From: Chromera velia
Taxonomy: Eukaryota
Direction: 5' to 3'
DNA length: 64,000 bases
NCBI GenBank assembly: GCA_018398765.1
Contig: JAHBMJ010000057.1
Span: forward strand, 1-64,000
Part shown: one piece after another, positions 25,301 to 38,060 of the stretch
Numbering within the stretch: position 1 is the first letter of the stretch
Layout of the letters: every line of letters starts with the position of its first letter
The notes under the pieces: model-generated
Database searches by the model: none
The model's input: the letters and a program-made list of their open reading frames with translations, nothing else
Told to the model about the DNA's origin: nothing
Translations under genes and position numbers: made by a program

Positions 25301-28300
25301 GCCGCGAGCTTCACTTGTTCCTGCAACCTCGGATTTAGTGGAACCGGGGTGGCGTGCTCCAGTCAGTCATTAGCCGGATGCGTAAAACGGATCCCGGTCT
25401 TTTTTCTCTGTTTGCAAAGCCGTTTGCCTTCTTCTCTAGAGTCTGTTGCTTGATCTTCGAAAATTGCATTCGAGTGTGTTCGGGTTTTTCAATCTGCCTT
25501 TCCATTCTGTGCAGACATCGACGAGTGCGGTACCTCAGTCGACAACTGTCATACAGACGCTACCTGCACAGACACCTCTGGAAGTTTCACTTGTGGGTGC
25601 AACACGGGATTCAGTGGAGACGGCGTCTCTTGCTCCGGTCAGTGTGTTGCGATCTCTCGGCGGTCTCTTTGTTCCCTCACCGGTCCCAAGCATATCGTTC
25701 TGATTTCTCTGGCTACATTGCCATCATAGAAACTTTTTCTCGTGTCTTTGTATTTCGCCATTTACAAACGCAAGTGCATTTTTGTATCATCTGCAGACAT
25801 CGACGAGTGCGGCACAAGCACCCATAACTGTGACGTGAACGGTGTGTGCACGAACACTGCCGGAAGCTTCTCCTGCGGGTGCGGTGCGGGGTGGAGCGGC
25901 ACCGGACTCTCATGCACAAGTGAGTGAGTGAGTCCTTCTCTCAACATCAGCCGTAGAGACGCATACGTGCTTCATATGCCTGGAAAATAGTTTCCTCGCG
26001 CCTCATGGAAAGATTCCTGCTTCATTCTTTGTTCGTGTCTTGATTTGATTTTCCTTCAATCAATTGACGATAATCCCACCTTGCAAGCCTGCAGGCATCA
26101 ACGAGTGCAGCTCCTCCCTTCACAACTTCAAACACAAACACACACACATACACATGCACATATACATACACACACTGGAAGCCTGCAGGCATCAACGAGT
26201 GCAGCTCCTCCCTTCACAACTGTCATTCCAACGCGACCTGTACGGAGAGCGCTGGGAGCTTCAGCTGCTCGTGCAACGCGGGATTCTCAGGGGACGGGGT
26301 CTCGTGCTCAGGTTTGTCTGTCTGTCTGGGTGGCTGTCTGTTTGTCTGTGTGCGTGAGGGACGGTCTATGTATGTGTCAAAGAGGGGGAAAACGAGAAAG
26401 AGAGAAATGGAGGCGAAAGAAAGAAATGGCTGTGTATGACAAATGCATCATCTCTTCAATGATCGTCGGATAATGAGGGAGGGCCTAATTTTCATCGCTT
26501 GCTACTTCTTCTGCAGGAGCTGACGAGTGCTCCCTGGGAATCCACAACTGCGACGCCAACGGTGCGTGCGTCGATGCGGCATGGAGTTTCTCTTGCAGCT
26601 GCAACGCGGGATTCAACGGCGATGGCGTCAGCTGTAGCGGTCAGTCGTGTGCTCCCTCCCGCCTTTTCTTTCAAACTTTCCTTTTCTCCCTGTAAGTAGG
26701 ATTGTGCAGCCATTCGAAGTAATAGTGAAGGTTTGTGCACAGTGTGTGCAAATCTGTGTATGACGCACACAGGTAGAAAAAGGACGCACAAGAAAGAAGC
26801 AGCCGACGAAAGGTGAAGGTGCCCCGGTCCTGCAGAGAGAATGAACGAATCACTCACAATTTGTTTGTTTGACCGTTCGGAATCTGCCATTGAAGGAAAA
26901 GCGCAAATTCCCTTGAGTCGATGCAAGAAAGACTCTCTCGTGTGTGCTGACTGAATGTGTGCAGACACTGACGAGTGCAGCACTGCAGTCCACAACTGCC
27001 ACTCGAGTGCTGTGTGTGCGAATTCGGTCGGGACCTTCACGTGCAACTGCGGGGCTGGATACTCCGGAGACGGTTTGGGGTCATGTGCGGGTACGTCGGT
27101 TGGTCGGCTGCCTGTTGGGCTTTCTTGCTGTTTGACGGATTGGATGCTGCTGCAAGGGTCGAAACAAAGTTGCAGCCTGAAAGCGCGAAAAAAAAGCATG
27201 TATGCGTCAAGCATCGCTTGTGTGTTCTGAATGAACGAATGCAGACATCGACGAGTGCGGTCTGGGAATTGACGATTGTCTGGTCGATTCGGGTGCGAGT
27301 TGTGAGAACTCTGTGGGGAGCTTTGGGTGCGCGTGTGGGACGGGACTTGCAAGCTCAGGGTCCAATTTCTGTTCGGGTAGGTTGTGGGGTGGGGGAGGTT
27401 TTGCTATCTTGTGTTGTACTCCTCTGTCTTTCTTTCTTTCGAACTCCCCACTCAATTCCGTCCCCTCGTGGCCAGAAAGGGCTAGAGAGGGGCATCCATC
27501 ACCCTCCTTCCTCCTCGTTGTCCGATGCAGGTTTTGTCTCGTCTCTCCGTCCGGTGTTTGCTTGCTTTCGGTGTCCGCACAATGAATTAATGCATTCGTC
27601 GGTTTCCAGCTCAACGTAGGACGCAGAAAGCACATGGCGCAACACCACCAAAGAATTTCTGACATTCTCACGTTTGATTAATTGATTTGGCTGACTTGCG
27701 GCCTGGGTGCAGACAATGACGAGTGCGCTCTTGGAAGCCACACATGCGATGCGAGCGGAGGCACGTGTGCGAACTCTGTGGGCAGTTTCTCCTGTGCCTG
27801 CGCTGCGGGGTTTTCTGCGGACACTTGCACAGGTTCGTCGGTGTTTCTTTGCGTTCCCTGATTTCATTAACTGACAATTGAGAATCACATGAAGAGACAC
27901 GCTCGGCTTGACTTATCTTTCGCTAGCTTCCTGTTTATCCGTGTATGTGTGTGTGCATTTTCACTGCAGACGTCGACGAGTGTTCCTCTCTGGTAAACCC
28001 CCACGACTGCCACAGCGACGCCAGCTGCTACAACCAAGTAGGGAGCTTCACCTGCTCATGTAACTCGGGGTTTGCAGGCAACGGGTTGCAGTGCTTCGGT
28101 CAGTTACTCAGCCAGGCAGTCAGTTGGTCAGTGATTCAGGTTCTCGTTCTGCTTTCGCTGTGATCTTACTTCTCTTTGTCTCTACCCCAAAATAGGGACG
28201 AAGCATTCGAATTCACCCTCTCTGACTTATCTACACTCATGGATCTGTGTGTCTCCACCGGTTTGAATTTGCAGCCTCCCGCACTCTCACTTGCGGCTCC

Positions 28301-31300
28301 ATCCAGACTGCTGTGGAGAGTTCTGCCCTGGCGGAGCCTGCCGACTTCTGCGGTCTCCTGCCATCGGAGCCCGCGTCCAACCAGCGATTCGGGCAGCCTT
28401 CAGTGAACCTGGAGGGCAACCAGCAGCTGCCCAACAGAACATTCGCAGTCTCCACATGCACCGCAGAGACAAACTTCAACTCTACGTTCTCTGTGACGAA
28501 TCTGGACAACGACGTGTGTGTGGGCACTTCGCTGAACGTCGGGGCCCCGGCATGCCCCTTGAGGTCTGACGCAGCGGGCCTCTCGTTCTCTCCCTCCTCC
28601 GCCTCTGAGATCTATGACGTCCGTGTGACGGGAGAAGGCGGACAGAGCGGAACTTACGGTCTGGAGATGCGGAGTGAGTGTGCATGCCCGCAAGATTGGA
28701 CTCTAGAGGCGGACAAATGTCTCCTCAATGAGTGCAGCACAGGCACGCACCTGTGCTCACGCCGCACAGACGATTCGGACTCTTCTCAGGTCGTCTTCAC
28801 TGCCCAGTGCACAGACACTGCAGGGTCATACGAGTGTGCCTGCAGAGATGGGTACACAGACAGAACGGGCACAGGCAGTCTGTGCGAAGACGTCCGATGC
28901 AGCAATCAACCCACGACACCCACTAACGGCCTGCTCACATTCACAAACCCCATGAGACAGGCAGTCACAGAAGCCACTGTGACGGTCAGTTGCGACGAAG
29001 GTTTCTCTCTGGACACCAGCGGAGGGCCCCAGACGATCACATGTGAAGGGACCGGACCCACCACGGCCGCCTGGCCCGACCACTCCTTCGCTTGCAACCC
29101 GGTCGAGTGCACGGGGCAGGTCCCAGTCGCTCCAGTCGGTGGAGTGATGGCTGGGTCCCCCTCGAATGGAGTTTTCTGGCAGGCAGGCGACACCGTCACC
29201 TTCGGATGCAACGATGGCTACATCCAGGTCGGCGTCCTGTCGCTCACTTGTGAGGGGGTGGAGGGGGCCAACCCTCCCGCGTCTGTTTGGGCCTCTCATG
29301 TTGCAGAGTGCGCCCCTGTTGTGTGTAACGGTGACACCCCTGTAGTCCCCTCTCTGGGCACAATGACGCCCTCCTCGCCCCCCAACGGCGTCTCCTGGGT
29401 GACTGGAGATTCTGTTGTGTTTGGGTGTTTGGGTGACACGCTCTTGCAGGGAGACGCCACAAAGTCATGTGTCGGGACCGCCTCGGGAGAGGCCGTCTGG
29501 CTACCCTACTCCACAGGACCCCCCACATGCATTGACGTGACCCCGCCTCAGATAGACTGCCCGACCGATCCCATAGAGCAAGCAGCAGACGCACGATCGT
29601 CCTCCGCCCTCTTCACTTCATACCCCGTCACGGTCAGAGACTCAGTCGAGATGGCAGAGAACAATCCCATCACTGGCAGTCCCACCCTTCCCATGAGGCT
29701 GTCAGCAGGAGACAGCCAAGTCTCCATCACAGCCACCGACTCATCAGGCAACCAGGCTTCGTGTACCTTCACAATCAGGGTCCTTGACAGAGAACCCCCC
29801 ACTCTCCTCTGCCCGGCAGACTACAACATCAAACACGTGGGGGACGGGCAGATGGAGGTGAAATATCCTGCCAAAGCTTTGGCGTTTGACAACGTAGACT
29901 CCTCAGAGAAGATCACCATCACCTACAGCCCCTCTGACGGTTCCCTGATGGGCCCGGGTTCCAATGCCGTGAAGGTGGAGGCAACGGATGCGTCAGGAAA
30001 TACCGCCACGTGTGTGTTTGTGGTTGTGCTCACTCCATGTCCCTCAGGGTCCTCTCGGGAGTGCCCAGAGTGCCCCTGCATCTGCGGTGCGGGATACTGG
30101 CAGGACTTGAGGGGACTAGAGACGGTGGAGCGTTCTGCCTCCATGCCGATTGTCTGCCAATCCTGTGTGCAGGAGTCCTGGTCTTCCAAGGGATCCTTCC
30201 ATCCTTCCGAGTGTGTGTGCAACTCGGGATTCTACTTTGTGCCTGACCTCTCGAAGGGAGACGAGGAGACGTTCTTCTTCTGGGAGGCCGGACGGTGCGT
30301 GCCCTGTCCTGAGAACAGCAACTGTGACTCCGACATGGACACGCTCCGACGGCTCCAAGAGACGAAGGAGGTCCACTTGCCTCCTGCAGGACCCGGATCC
30401 TCGTCTCTCTCTAGGGTCCCTCTGACCAGTCACGCCCGTCCCGTGCCTGAGCAGGGCTTCAGTCTGATTATGGGGTTCCCAGAGGCCGTCATCCTGGAGT
30501 GTCCCATGGAGGACACCTGCCACCCCCATGAGAGCAGGGAAGTGTACCAGAATGTGGAGGGAGGCGGATACGCGCGCTGTGAGGAAGGGTTCCGAGGGGT
30601 CAGTGGAGATGCATGGAACAATGACATTTGTACGTGACTTCGAGTGATGCAAAGTGGATGTGGAGAGTTTTGTGTCTTGGCACGAAAAGACAGAGAGAGT
30701 GGAGAGAGAGGACGTATAGCACGGAAAAACGGACGAAAGATAAAAACTGTGTGCGGTTCTGTTGTGGCCTTCCTGTGCTCATTTTTTGTTTGGTAGAATT
30801 CTCTCCTTTCTCCCACTTTTCTGCCTCTTCTGTGACGCTTCTTCCTACGAGAATCGATTGCCTTTCAAGAATCGAATGATCCCTTCTCATCTCACTGTCG
30901 ACAAGTAGACAGCATCTTGACAGCATGAGGCTCACTCAGACTGCATGCGTGTGTGGATGGATTCATGCATGAAGCATTTATTTTCATTCGTGTCTGAAAT
31001 GTATGCACTCACATTGCGTGTCTGGATGCATGTGTGCAGCCTCTGTGCAGTGAATGCGAATCATCACGGTCAGTCAGTCGGCATGCAGACAGTCAGCTGA
31101 ATCGATCAGGAGGCTGGACGAGGAGACTTTTTTTTGTTTTTGCCGCCGATAATGCAAACTCGTGCTCACTCACGGACTGGAACGAACTGCATAGTGTCGA
31201 CTTGAGTCCAGATTTTTCTGCCCGTATTAATCATGCAGGGCCTACCACAAACAAAAACAGGATGGCCACTTGTAAGCTCCGTTTGAAGTCACTTCTTCAT

Positions 31301-34300
31301 TGCAACTTTTCTTTCCCCCAATTATCGTATGCAAAGCCCCTCTACCTGCCCTGTTGTGCTTATGCAGTTTCGGAGAGAACTGCGAGGTCTGTTCAGACGA
31401 CCCCCAGATGAATCTCCTGAGAGCCGTGGGGTTCTTTCTTCTCTTCCAGATTGTGATCATCGTCTACACACACCTCAACATTGTGCCCTCAGACGAACAG
31501 GAAAGATCCTACCTCATCCTCATCAGGTACATGCATGCAGAGGCATCAAAGAAGCTTGTGCTGAGTTTTGCATGTCGGTGCAATTTCGTTTTACAGAGAT
31601 CAACACGTCTGTCTAGACGTGGAACTCCCCCCTGGATTGTGGACTTTTCGCAGGCCCCGTACACTTACGTAGAATTGAATGCTCGTTTCGCCCTCTGCCT
31701 GCAGGTCTCTGTTCAACTTTTTGAGTTTGATGGCGATTCTGGAGGACTTTGAGCTTTCCAACGTGCGTCTGCCTGAGTGGGCCAATTTGTCGACTCTTAT
31801 TCCTGTCGATTTGATCCCCTCTCTTGAGGACTTCGTTCGACTGCAGTGTGTGTCTCAGGTGAGTGAGTGAGTGCGGCAGCTGTACCTCGAACTCGTGCGG
31901 ATCTTGTTTTTGGTTTTGGATGTCTCTCTTTGTGACGATCAAGCGATGTGGCTACAGTTCCCTTTCATTGAATTCGTTCTGAAACTCTCCAGTCCTTTTC
32001 TTTGCTCGCTTGTTCGCCTCTCCTGCCCGACTTTTCTTTTAGTTCCATTCTACCACACCTTCCTTCTCATGCACCCCGATGCTTTTCTTTCTTCTTTTCC
32101 CTGAACATATTCATTCCATCAGGACCTCCTTGCTCGGATGAAAATTTCGGACCCCCAACAGGCCCTCTTCGTTTCCAAATTTGCGTCTTTGGCTGTCCCC
32201 ATCGGTAGCGCTGTCTTCTCCGTCCTTCTCGCCTTCATCCTCGTCTTCTCTATGGCGGCCTGGGACCCCTCTGGCCCCTTCGCCAGGAACGCAGAGGGAG
32301 AGAGCAGAACCGAGAGAAGCGTTGAAGGAGGCGACTCGACGAGCAAGACAGGAAGTGCTGAGATGTTGGTGAAGCCTGACGAGGTGCTTCCTTGTCTCAA
32401 TTGGCAGAGACGGATGCTTCATGCGGAGGAAGTGAGAAGGTTGAACAATGTGAGGGTGCTCCTGCTGTTTAGATACAAACTTCCAACGACAGACGAAGAA
32501 GGCAGACCGATTCGAAAACAGGGCCTTATGAAAGCGATTTCACAGCTTTCCGGGACCATTGTGGCAGATCTGGTTCCTGTGTTGATCATGATTTACTTCC
32601 TGACTTTCGAGGGCATTTTGGAGAGTCTGATCGAATTGGTGGCCTGTCAGCCTCTCTCAGAGGGTCTTCAACCTCGTCTCTCCGTCTCCCCCTCTGTCGA
32701 CTGTACCTCTGACCTCTATCTGAAGTTCCTGCCCATCTCGGTTGGGACCATTGTGGTGATGGGAGTGGGCATTCCGGTCTTTTTGGCTCAGCGCGTGATC
32801 TCGGGTGTGAAGAGTCTGAGGGACGAGGCGGCCAGAGGATGGAGGCCTGAGTTCAGACGGAGATACGGATTTCTTCTGCAGGTACGTGAGAAGGAAACGG
32901 GGGGAACGCATGATTGTCTCTCGATCTGTCTTTCTGGCTCTGTATTTACCTGCGTGTCGCTGCCACACCATCTCTGTTCTTCTGTGAAATCATTTCTTGA
33001 TGCGAGAGAGAGAGACGTCGCTTCTTCATGAGAGGCTGAGCACCACCAATGCAAAGCATACAATTGTTCGATTCTTTGTCTGCAGGGGTACCGAGAGGGG
33101 TACCTCTACTGGGAGATTGTGATCATGATCAGAAAGCTGGCGGCTCAACTGGCTGTGGCCTTCTACGTTGGGTCCAATCCCGACATGAGGCTCCTGCAGG
33201 TGCGTCTCCTTCAAAACCCTTTCGGGGAGTGTTCTCTATTTCATATGACGACCCTTCCTCATAGTAATATACTCAGATCTCTGTGGAAATGAAACTTTTT
33301 GTAACGGTATCTTTCCCAGGTTCACGTATTCGGTTGGTGAGTCTTTGTGCAATTTGGAGTTTTTGCTTTGACATGGATTAAATAGAAAAGCGAGTCCTCT
33401 TCCTACAACTCTGTCTGCCTGCAGGTGAGCATTCTGGCGGTTTTCTTCCTCCTCACGCAAGCGCGGCTGCACCCGTTCTCCACTCAGGAAAGGAATCTCC
33501 TGAACAACATCGAGCTGAACGCTCTGGGCGCATTCATGTTTGGACTCGCGGTGTTTCAGGTGCGTTGGGAGTGGTGGTGGGAAACTCGCATTTATTTGTT
33601 CTTGTTTTTTCTGACTATGACTCGATGCATCATGGACATGTACTCACATCGATCTGTCACACACTTTCCAGTGATGGATCATACTCCTTCTGTCACACTT
33701 CCGCATGCACTGCAGGCACTCTACTTCTACGCGATGACAGAGGTCCAAGCTCTGGTGTTTGCCTCTGCCCTCCTTGCGGTGCTGGTGGCGTTCCTCTTCC
33801 GCTGTTGTTCTCTGATCGCATTGGGGTTCGTGGCGGACGGCGCGTTGGTGGTCGAGAGGGCAGCGCAGAAATGTGACCACGCAAAGGGGACAGACGAAGA
33901 TGAAAAGCCTGCCAGTTTTGTGCAGAGATCTATTCTGCAGTGCCATCACGCTCTGCAACCACTTCTGAGGTCAGGACGGAAAGCCACTTTTGTCTGTCCC
34001 GGATTTGAGTTGCATGGTTTCTCTTCTATTTTCTTCTTTTCTGGGTTTGTGTGAGTCGCATGATTCAGGCTGTCCACTTGCGGTCCTCCAATCAATCGAT
34101 CGTCCGACCTTCCTTCTGTTCGCTCGTCCGACCCCTTTTCATATCTTTGTTTCCGCTGTCCAACACCAGAAAGCTGCCAGAGAGACCCCATATATCCGAA
34201 CTCACGTAGTTGCCCTCCATTTCGTCTTGCAGACTCGCGGACTCCATGGGCAAACTTGTGGCGCACATTCGTGTGTCCACCTCTGGCGACTCCCGAGGGA

Positions 34301-37300
34301 CGCAAAGTACAGAAAGGAGTCTGCAAGAGGGGAGCACTCTTTTTAGAGCTACAGCCAAAGGGGCACTAGGACTTTCCAACAGACCTCTGCCTCCTTCTGA
34401 AATTCCCCCGTCGCTGTTGCCCCTATTCTCAACCATCAACAGTCTGCACACACACTTCCTGCAGATGTACAGACCCACTACTCAAACACTACCGCATTCA
34501 ACAGCAAAGGCCATAGATCCTGAAGATCTCCCTCCCCTTTCCAGACTCTCTCTTGAAACCTCCCTCCAGATTCCCTCCCTTCCCTTTTTCGAAGAGTTCT
34601 GTCTCAGATGGGCTCTCGTGCTCAGAAGGTCCATCGGGTCTCCCGACGCCCCGGAGTCTGAAGAAGGCGCGGAGGGTGTGTACGACGAGGATTTGCAGAG
34701 GAGTGCTGACGAGGCCGTTGACCTCGATGAGATCTTCTACACCACCCAGAGACTCCTCAGACCTCAACAGAAACATCCCCTTTCCGTCTTTCATGAGAGA
34801 GGAAAAGGGAAAGCAAAGGAGAAAAAGAAGAAGAAGAGGAGAAGGAAAAGGAGAAATTCAATTCCAGACGCCGCAGCTCTCCAAGAAGAAAACTCCGATC
34901 CCGACTCCGAAGCACAGGAGCCAAATGAAAGGACACCTTTGGGTCGATTCCGCCGTGGGGCTCTTGAGGGCGTCTCTCAGTCTGTGTGGCATCCTCTAGA
35001 GAGAGACCACTGTTTGTTTGAGAGACCCGCAGTCGCTGCAGTCTCGTCCGTGGGAGTCGAAGGGAATATTTCGTCCTTCCAGAGGGAGAAGGAGAGTGGG
35101 AAAGGTAAAACAAATCTGAGTGCCTCCAGAAAGAAACTGCAGGAAGCAGAGAAGAGAGAGAGAGACACTAAAGATGAGTCTCTCAATCTTTGTGCAAGTG
35201 GGGAGGGGTTTGAAGGGAAAGGAATATTTTATGAGAGAGAAACAATGAAGAACGAAGAAGGAGAAGAGTCAGGAAGCGAACTGACGCCGTTGAGTGAGCA
35301 TTTCAACAAACTCGAGAAAGGCAGTTTGTCAGTCTCACCACTCGCCCCCTTCGCATCTGACCGTACACACTCATCCGCTTCTTCCCGAGCCAATACAGCT
35401 CTCAGAAGCCCCCTACCCCCCGCCTCACCTGCCGTCTCGTTCGACACGCGTCGCAGCAGTAACAGCACTCTGTCAAGCACCTCTCCGGACGGAACGCTCT
35501 CACAGAGACGGTCAAGGAAAGGGTGTTGGTCCTGGTGTCCGAGAAGATGCGGGTGTTCTCGGGCTTCCTCATCCTCTTCCTGGAGGTCTTTTTCCTTCTC
35601 CTTCAAGCGCCTCGCTCTCTCACAGTCATCCTCGACCGGCTGGATGAGAAAGGGTACACAGGACAGGAAAGCAAGGGTAGAGCAGAGAAGGAAGGCGAAA
35701 GAATTTGCCTCCCTGCCCATCCGCCCCCCTCCAGTGCTTGTGCGCTCGGGCTTTCCCCTCTCTCTGCCTGTGCTCCGAGACGCAGGATCCCATTTCTTTT
35801 CAATGGACACGCAGGGAGACGGGATCATGCAGGGGTGCACCATCGACGTGGACTCTCTGACTGCCACTCTCGCTCACACTCTCAAGATGCACCACGCGAC
35901 TGTCTTCTGGGTCGGTCCTGAAAAACTATTCGGACCCCATGCGCGATAAAAGGCACTTGCGAGCGGGTAGAAAGAAAGCAGTTTGTACGTATCAAAATGG
36001 AATTCCGTAGAGATGCCTCAGTCGTGATGGTAAGGCATTCGGAACACTTCCTTTTTCGGGTTTGCGACTGTTTTGAGAAGGTGAAACCGGCCTACTTTGG
36101 ATCCGTCTGCTTGTTTCTCTCTGCGTGGCTCCTTTCCTTTCCACATTCTCAGAAAAACATCAATGCACGTATTGTCCTGTTATTTCCTACTTCTCTGCTT
36201 TGCAGCATTACCTCTCGTTCCTGGTGGCGAGAGGCAATAGAGACGTGGCGTCCTTCTTGCAGAGTTCCGTTCAGATGATTATTCTCTCTGGGAGTCAGAG
36301 AAGCTTGCCCGTCTCTGAGAGAGAGAGACTCTGGATGGAGGTGGCACGAAGGAAGCCGCCAGAGGGAGAGTTTCACAACGTTCTGGGGGGAAACAGGGGA
36401 GAGAGAAAGTTCCATCTGGGCCCTAGGCTGCTCTACTCTGTGTTCTTAGAGAGAGAAGGGGAGGAAGACAGAGAGGACAGGAAAGCAGAATCTCTTCTCC
36501 CAGAGCCTCCAATCACAGAGAGAGAGAGGGGGTCGATACTGTTGGAGGATCCGTTGAAGCCCCTCCAGTCCTCCATCTTCCCCCCCATCCCCTCCGCAAC
36601 ACCGAGAGAAAGAGAGAAACAGCGCCCGACAACTGCTCAAAGCCTTTCTTTGAGGTGGACTTCCAAACCTCTCACTTCCCACCCACAGGAGGAGGGAAAG
36701 ACTCAGCTGCCTGGTGAACATCAGAAAAGGGACAAGAAAGAAGAACCCATAGTCCCTCCCCGCATCTGGACGGAGGGCGAGACGGGACACACATGGGCCC
36801 TGGTCCTCTTGCCGTTGGAGGACCAATTCGGCAATCAGATCACTCTCTCCTGTCTCCCCTGTGGGGCTGTGAAGGGAAAGGGTCATGTGGGGGGAATGAA
36901 GGGAAAGGGAAAGCTCCTCAAGGGGAAAGGGGGGGGGCAGGAGGGGGACTTCACAGTCGTGCGAAAAGATGTGCCGGCGAGATTGAATTCCTCTCAGCTG
37001 TTGTCGTTGAGCAATTTCGACCCACCGGAAGAGACGGCAAAAGCAACGAAGAGGGGGGGGATAAGGGAGATGGCCTATCTGCCTGTCTGGCTTCCCCTCT
37101 GTGCGGGGCCTCCTCTGGTCCCTGTTGCTGCTTTGCACCCATCAGAGACCAAGAGAAGGAAGGAAGGGGGTCCGACAGAGAAGACAAAGAAGACAAAAAA
37201 AATCACAGAAGAAAGAGCAGGGGAAAGGCAAAAGAACGAGACAAATCTGGAAAGACACTTTCAAGCCCCCTCTTCTTCTCAAGGAGACGCGCCGATCCCT

Positions 37301-37939
37301 GCTGAAAGAGAAAGAGAAACACCCAGAGAGCAGGAAGAGATCCCAAGTGCTTCGTCTGTTTCCTCAGCAGAGAGCGAAGACCTCCTCTCCCCCGAGTTGC
37401 TCCACCTCATGGAGAGTCTGCAGGAGTTGGCCTCTAGTGGGGATTCTCGGGGAAGGGGGGAGGGAGACGAACTTGAAGAAGAGAGTGAGAGTGACGACAG
37501 TGAAATACCGGAACAGATTTCAAAAGAGAAGGAAGACGAAGACGAAGACGAACAAGAGGAGGAAAGTGCAGATGATGAATCTTCTCCCCTTTCTCCTGCC
37601 CGTCGTTTCCGTTCTCTGCGTCTTCCCGTAGCTGCCTACCCTTCACCCACTTCAACCCCTCCAATTTTCCAAACAACACTGCGAGAGGAAGGCAAAGAGG
37701 ATCCACTCGTGGCAGAAAACAGGAAAAGACTTGAAGAGCTTGACAGGAAAGTACAACAACAGATCAAGGCGATGCCAACGAAAGGGAAACAAACAGAAAT
37801 TTTGAGAAGAAATCAGACAAATCAACAAGAAGAGAACGAAGGGGTAGATGAAGACTCTCAAGAGAGCTCGGAGGAATCAAACGTGTCTGAGAGCTCTCCC
37901 CTCTCTCCCAACAAAGGAGGGGGGAGGGGGAAACGGTGA
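16542..37939 (+). CDS. Gene B: ~40-exon, ~3,770-aa secretory-pathway multi-pass membrane protein (signal peptide, RCC1 x7, EGF x23, Sushi x3, HYR x2, Cys-rich region, ~9 TM, long cytosolic tail); CRMP-like
   Basis: RCC1 exons: 16542-16768, 17087-17406, 17841-17849, 18250-18443, 18820-19009, 19473-19615, 19988-20120. Then 22 single-EGF exons within 20424-28098. Remaining exons: 28275-30598, 31040-31068, 31239-31271 (less certain), 31368-31526, 31705-31858, 32123-32881, 33086-33199, 33425-33559, 33716-33969, 34233-35910, 36206-37939. Phases are consistent. Hydrophobic signal [20 protein letters not shown]. Membrane-domain motifs [31 protein letters not shown] and LHPF..NLLNNIE. Confidence 0.85.
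16704..20120 (+). other. Seven RCC1/BLIP-II repeats (complete beta-propeller) of gene B, directly after the signal peptide
   Basis: Repeat cores: [108 protein letters not shown]. Confidence 0.9.
20424..28098 (+). other. Array of 22 symmetric phase-1 exons, each encoding one (mostly Ca-binding type) EGF domain
   Basis: Exon starts at about 20424, 20784, 21001, 21333, 21742, 22217, 22504, 22796, 23228, 23475, 23877, 24180, 24532, 25239, 25515, 25797, 26189, 26517, 26965, 27245, 27713, 27970. Most are 123 nt. Consensus [38 protein letters not shown]. Confidence 0.92.
23652..23724. mobile_element. Type II palindromic element with perfect 21-bp arms
   Basis: TTCTGCTGACGCACGCAAGGA pairs with TCCTTGCGTGCGTCAGCAGAA. 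Flanked by a ~48-bp imperfect direct repeat. Confidence 0.55.
28275..30598 (+). other. Large ectodomain exon of gene B: PPC-like beta-sandwich, EGF, three Sushi/CCP, two HYR and a GCC2/ephrin-receptor-like Cys-rich segment
   Basis: Sushi: [86 protein letters not shown] and [26 protein letters not shown]. Cys-rich: [30 protein letters not shown]. Confidence 0.8.
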
Positions 37940-38015
37940 TGGAGGCGTTTGTTTTGTTCTATTTCGCTGCTGGGTGTGACCTCCAAGATTCAAACACGAC
38001 CCTCTGTCTCTTGTC

Positions 38016-38060
<45 letters not shown>

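Noticed and set aside
20424..28098. Regularly spaced repeats with unique spacers resembling a CRISPR array
   Set aside because: The repeats are ~123-nt EGF-coding exons bounded by AG/GT and the spacers are introns. The context is eukaryotic and no cas genes are present.
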